Below are positions 56,299 through 57,240 of a stretch of 57,240 bases of DNA, piece after piece. This DNA comes from a virus (lineage: Duplodnaviria > Caudoviricetes), in IMG/VR virus record IMGVR_UViG_3300046466_000088, positions 1 to 57,240 of that record; one strand, given 5' to 3'. The notes under the pieces were generated by a model, which was not told the origin of the DNA, did not search any database, and saw only the letters and a program-made list of their open reading frames with translations. The position numbers and the translations under genes were made by a program. Within the stretch, counting starts at the first letter, position 1, and each line of letters starts with the position of its first letter.

Positions 56299-56328
56299 AT
56301 TATACAATTTTTGTATAACTCGTGTCAA
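56299..56328 (-). promoter_or_regulatory. Sigma70-type promoter
   Basis: TTGACA-18 bp-TATAAT. Confidence 0.55.
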
Positions 56329-56383
56329 ATTTAAAATGTAATAGTCAAATTACTGACACTATCTGTTGTATAATTACAACAAA

Positions 56384-56713
56384 CTATCTTCCTCTCCAAT
56401 CTCTTTTGTCACCTCTTGGTGTTGTTATTTTTTTCTCACAAGCATAGCCACTATGTGTAGTGATAACCATTTTTTCTTTGTCAGTACAAGTATAGTAGCA
56501 TTTAACAGAGTCTTCACCAAAGAATGGTTCAACTATTTTTTCCTTTGTTAATCTGCAAGTCACAAAGTATTGGTTTCTTTGGTCATAAAGTTTACCTTTA
56601 CCAGTCCATTTATAACTCCAACTTTTAGCTTCAGCAGTTAGAACTAAATAAATTATGGTTGTAAGCACCACATAACCTATGAGTAATTCGTAATCAGGTT
56701 TCTTCATCATCAT
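56384..56713 (-). CDS. Membrane-anchored or exported Cys-containing protein
   Basis: N-terminal TM/signal segment; four Cys. Confidence 0.55.
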   Translation of the reverse strand: MMMKKPDYELLIGYVVLTTIIYLVLTAEAKSWSYKWTGKGKLYDQRNQYFVTCRLTKEKIVEPFFGEDSVKCYYTCTDKEKMVITTHSGYACEKKITTPRGDKRDWRGR

Positions 56714-56960
56714 ACATCTCCATATAGTCTTGAATCTCTTCTTGTGTCATAAGATTGACAAGTATTGGTGTGTCTTCACCTATGTAACCACCTTCAATGT
56801 TAAAGTCTACAAATTCTTTTGCATCTTCATAAGACATATCGTCCCTTTTAACCAGTTTGGTTATCATTCTGTGCTTATCATAGATAAATACGTCCACCAT
56901 ACCACTGCGTGTACCTACACCTATGATGCAGTCATCATAATCATCCCATATTTTCATCAC
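56694..56960 (-). CDS. Conserved hypothetical phage protein
   Basis: D.CIIG...YD...MSYEDA.EF..FNI.G.Y.GE.TP. Confidence 0.7.
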   Translation of the reverse strand: MMKIWDDYDDCIIGVGTRSGMVDVFIYDKHRMITKLVKRDDMSYEDAKEFVDFNIEGGYIGEDTPILVNLMTQEEIQDYMEMYDDEET

Positions 56961-57150
56961 TCACCCCTTTCTCCTTATGCTTTAATTGTTTTCTTAACTC
57001 TACATTATCCAATAGATGATAATACAAATCATCAAATAATTTTGAATCAATCACACCTTCATCAGATAGTTCCATTAAATCAAACATATCTAAATCTAAA
57101 ACTTTCCAATTATGTTTGTTACTTGATTCTGTCTTTGCAATTTTACTCAT
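56941..57150 (-). CDS. Hypothetical protein spanning the circular junction
   Basis: 5' part duplicated at 1-143. Confidence 0.6.
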   Translation of the reverse strand: MSKIAKTESSNKHNWKVLDLDMFDLMELSDEGVIDSKLFDDLYYHLLDNVELRKQLKHKEKGVSDENMG

Positions 57151-57240
57151 CAGTCATCTCCTGTCTACAAAGTTCACATAGATTGTGTCCATCATAAGCT
57201 GGTTCATCTTTGTGAAATATCTCGTTACAGTTAATACATT
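57008..57240. repeat. Terminal direct repeat, copy 2
   Basis: Matches 1-233. Confidence 0.95.

Noticed and set aside
1-57240. Alternative genetic code, introns or inteins
   Set aside because: Core genes are intact and of normal length in the standard code

Overview
The window appears to be one complete, circularly permuted, AT-rich tailed-phage genome of about 57,007 bp, because bases 1-233 recur at 57008-57240. The gene set suggests a short-tailed (podovirus-like) lytic phage, and I recognise no RNA polymerase, integrase or tRNA. There are two divergent arms. The + strand (about 6600-41540) carries terminase, portal, a GroES-like co-chaperonin, scaffold, capsid, tail and ejection genes and ends in iscA-iscU. 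The - strand runs from about 5900 through the junction down to 41600. It carries small early genes, an M15 endolysin, T7-like primase-helicase, PolA, SSB, nucleases, a class II RNR, a glycan-modification cluster and a holin. The top finding lies below the ORF-track size cutoff: a 26-codon gene (41909-41989, -) encoding a PqqA-type PQQ precursor peptide (MTVWTKPIIAEISVGLEINSYACAEK, with the E-x3-Y motif). It has its own RBS and a 3' stem-loop and converges on the phage iscA/iscU genes, suggesting a phage module that feeds host PQQ biosynthesis. Other highlights are four conserved 31-bp palindromes between early genes, five GTCAA-N4-TTGAC boxes in the control region, a GT-methyltransferase-Maf-like fusion protein, shared peptide motifs in putative ejection/internal proteins, and a cupredoxin-like motif inside a tail protein. 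All calls come from motif recognition by eye; no database searches were run.
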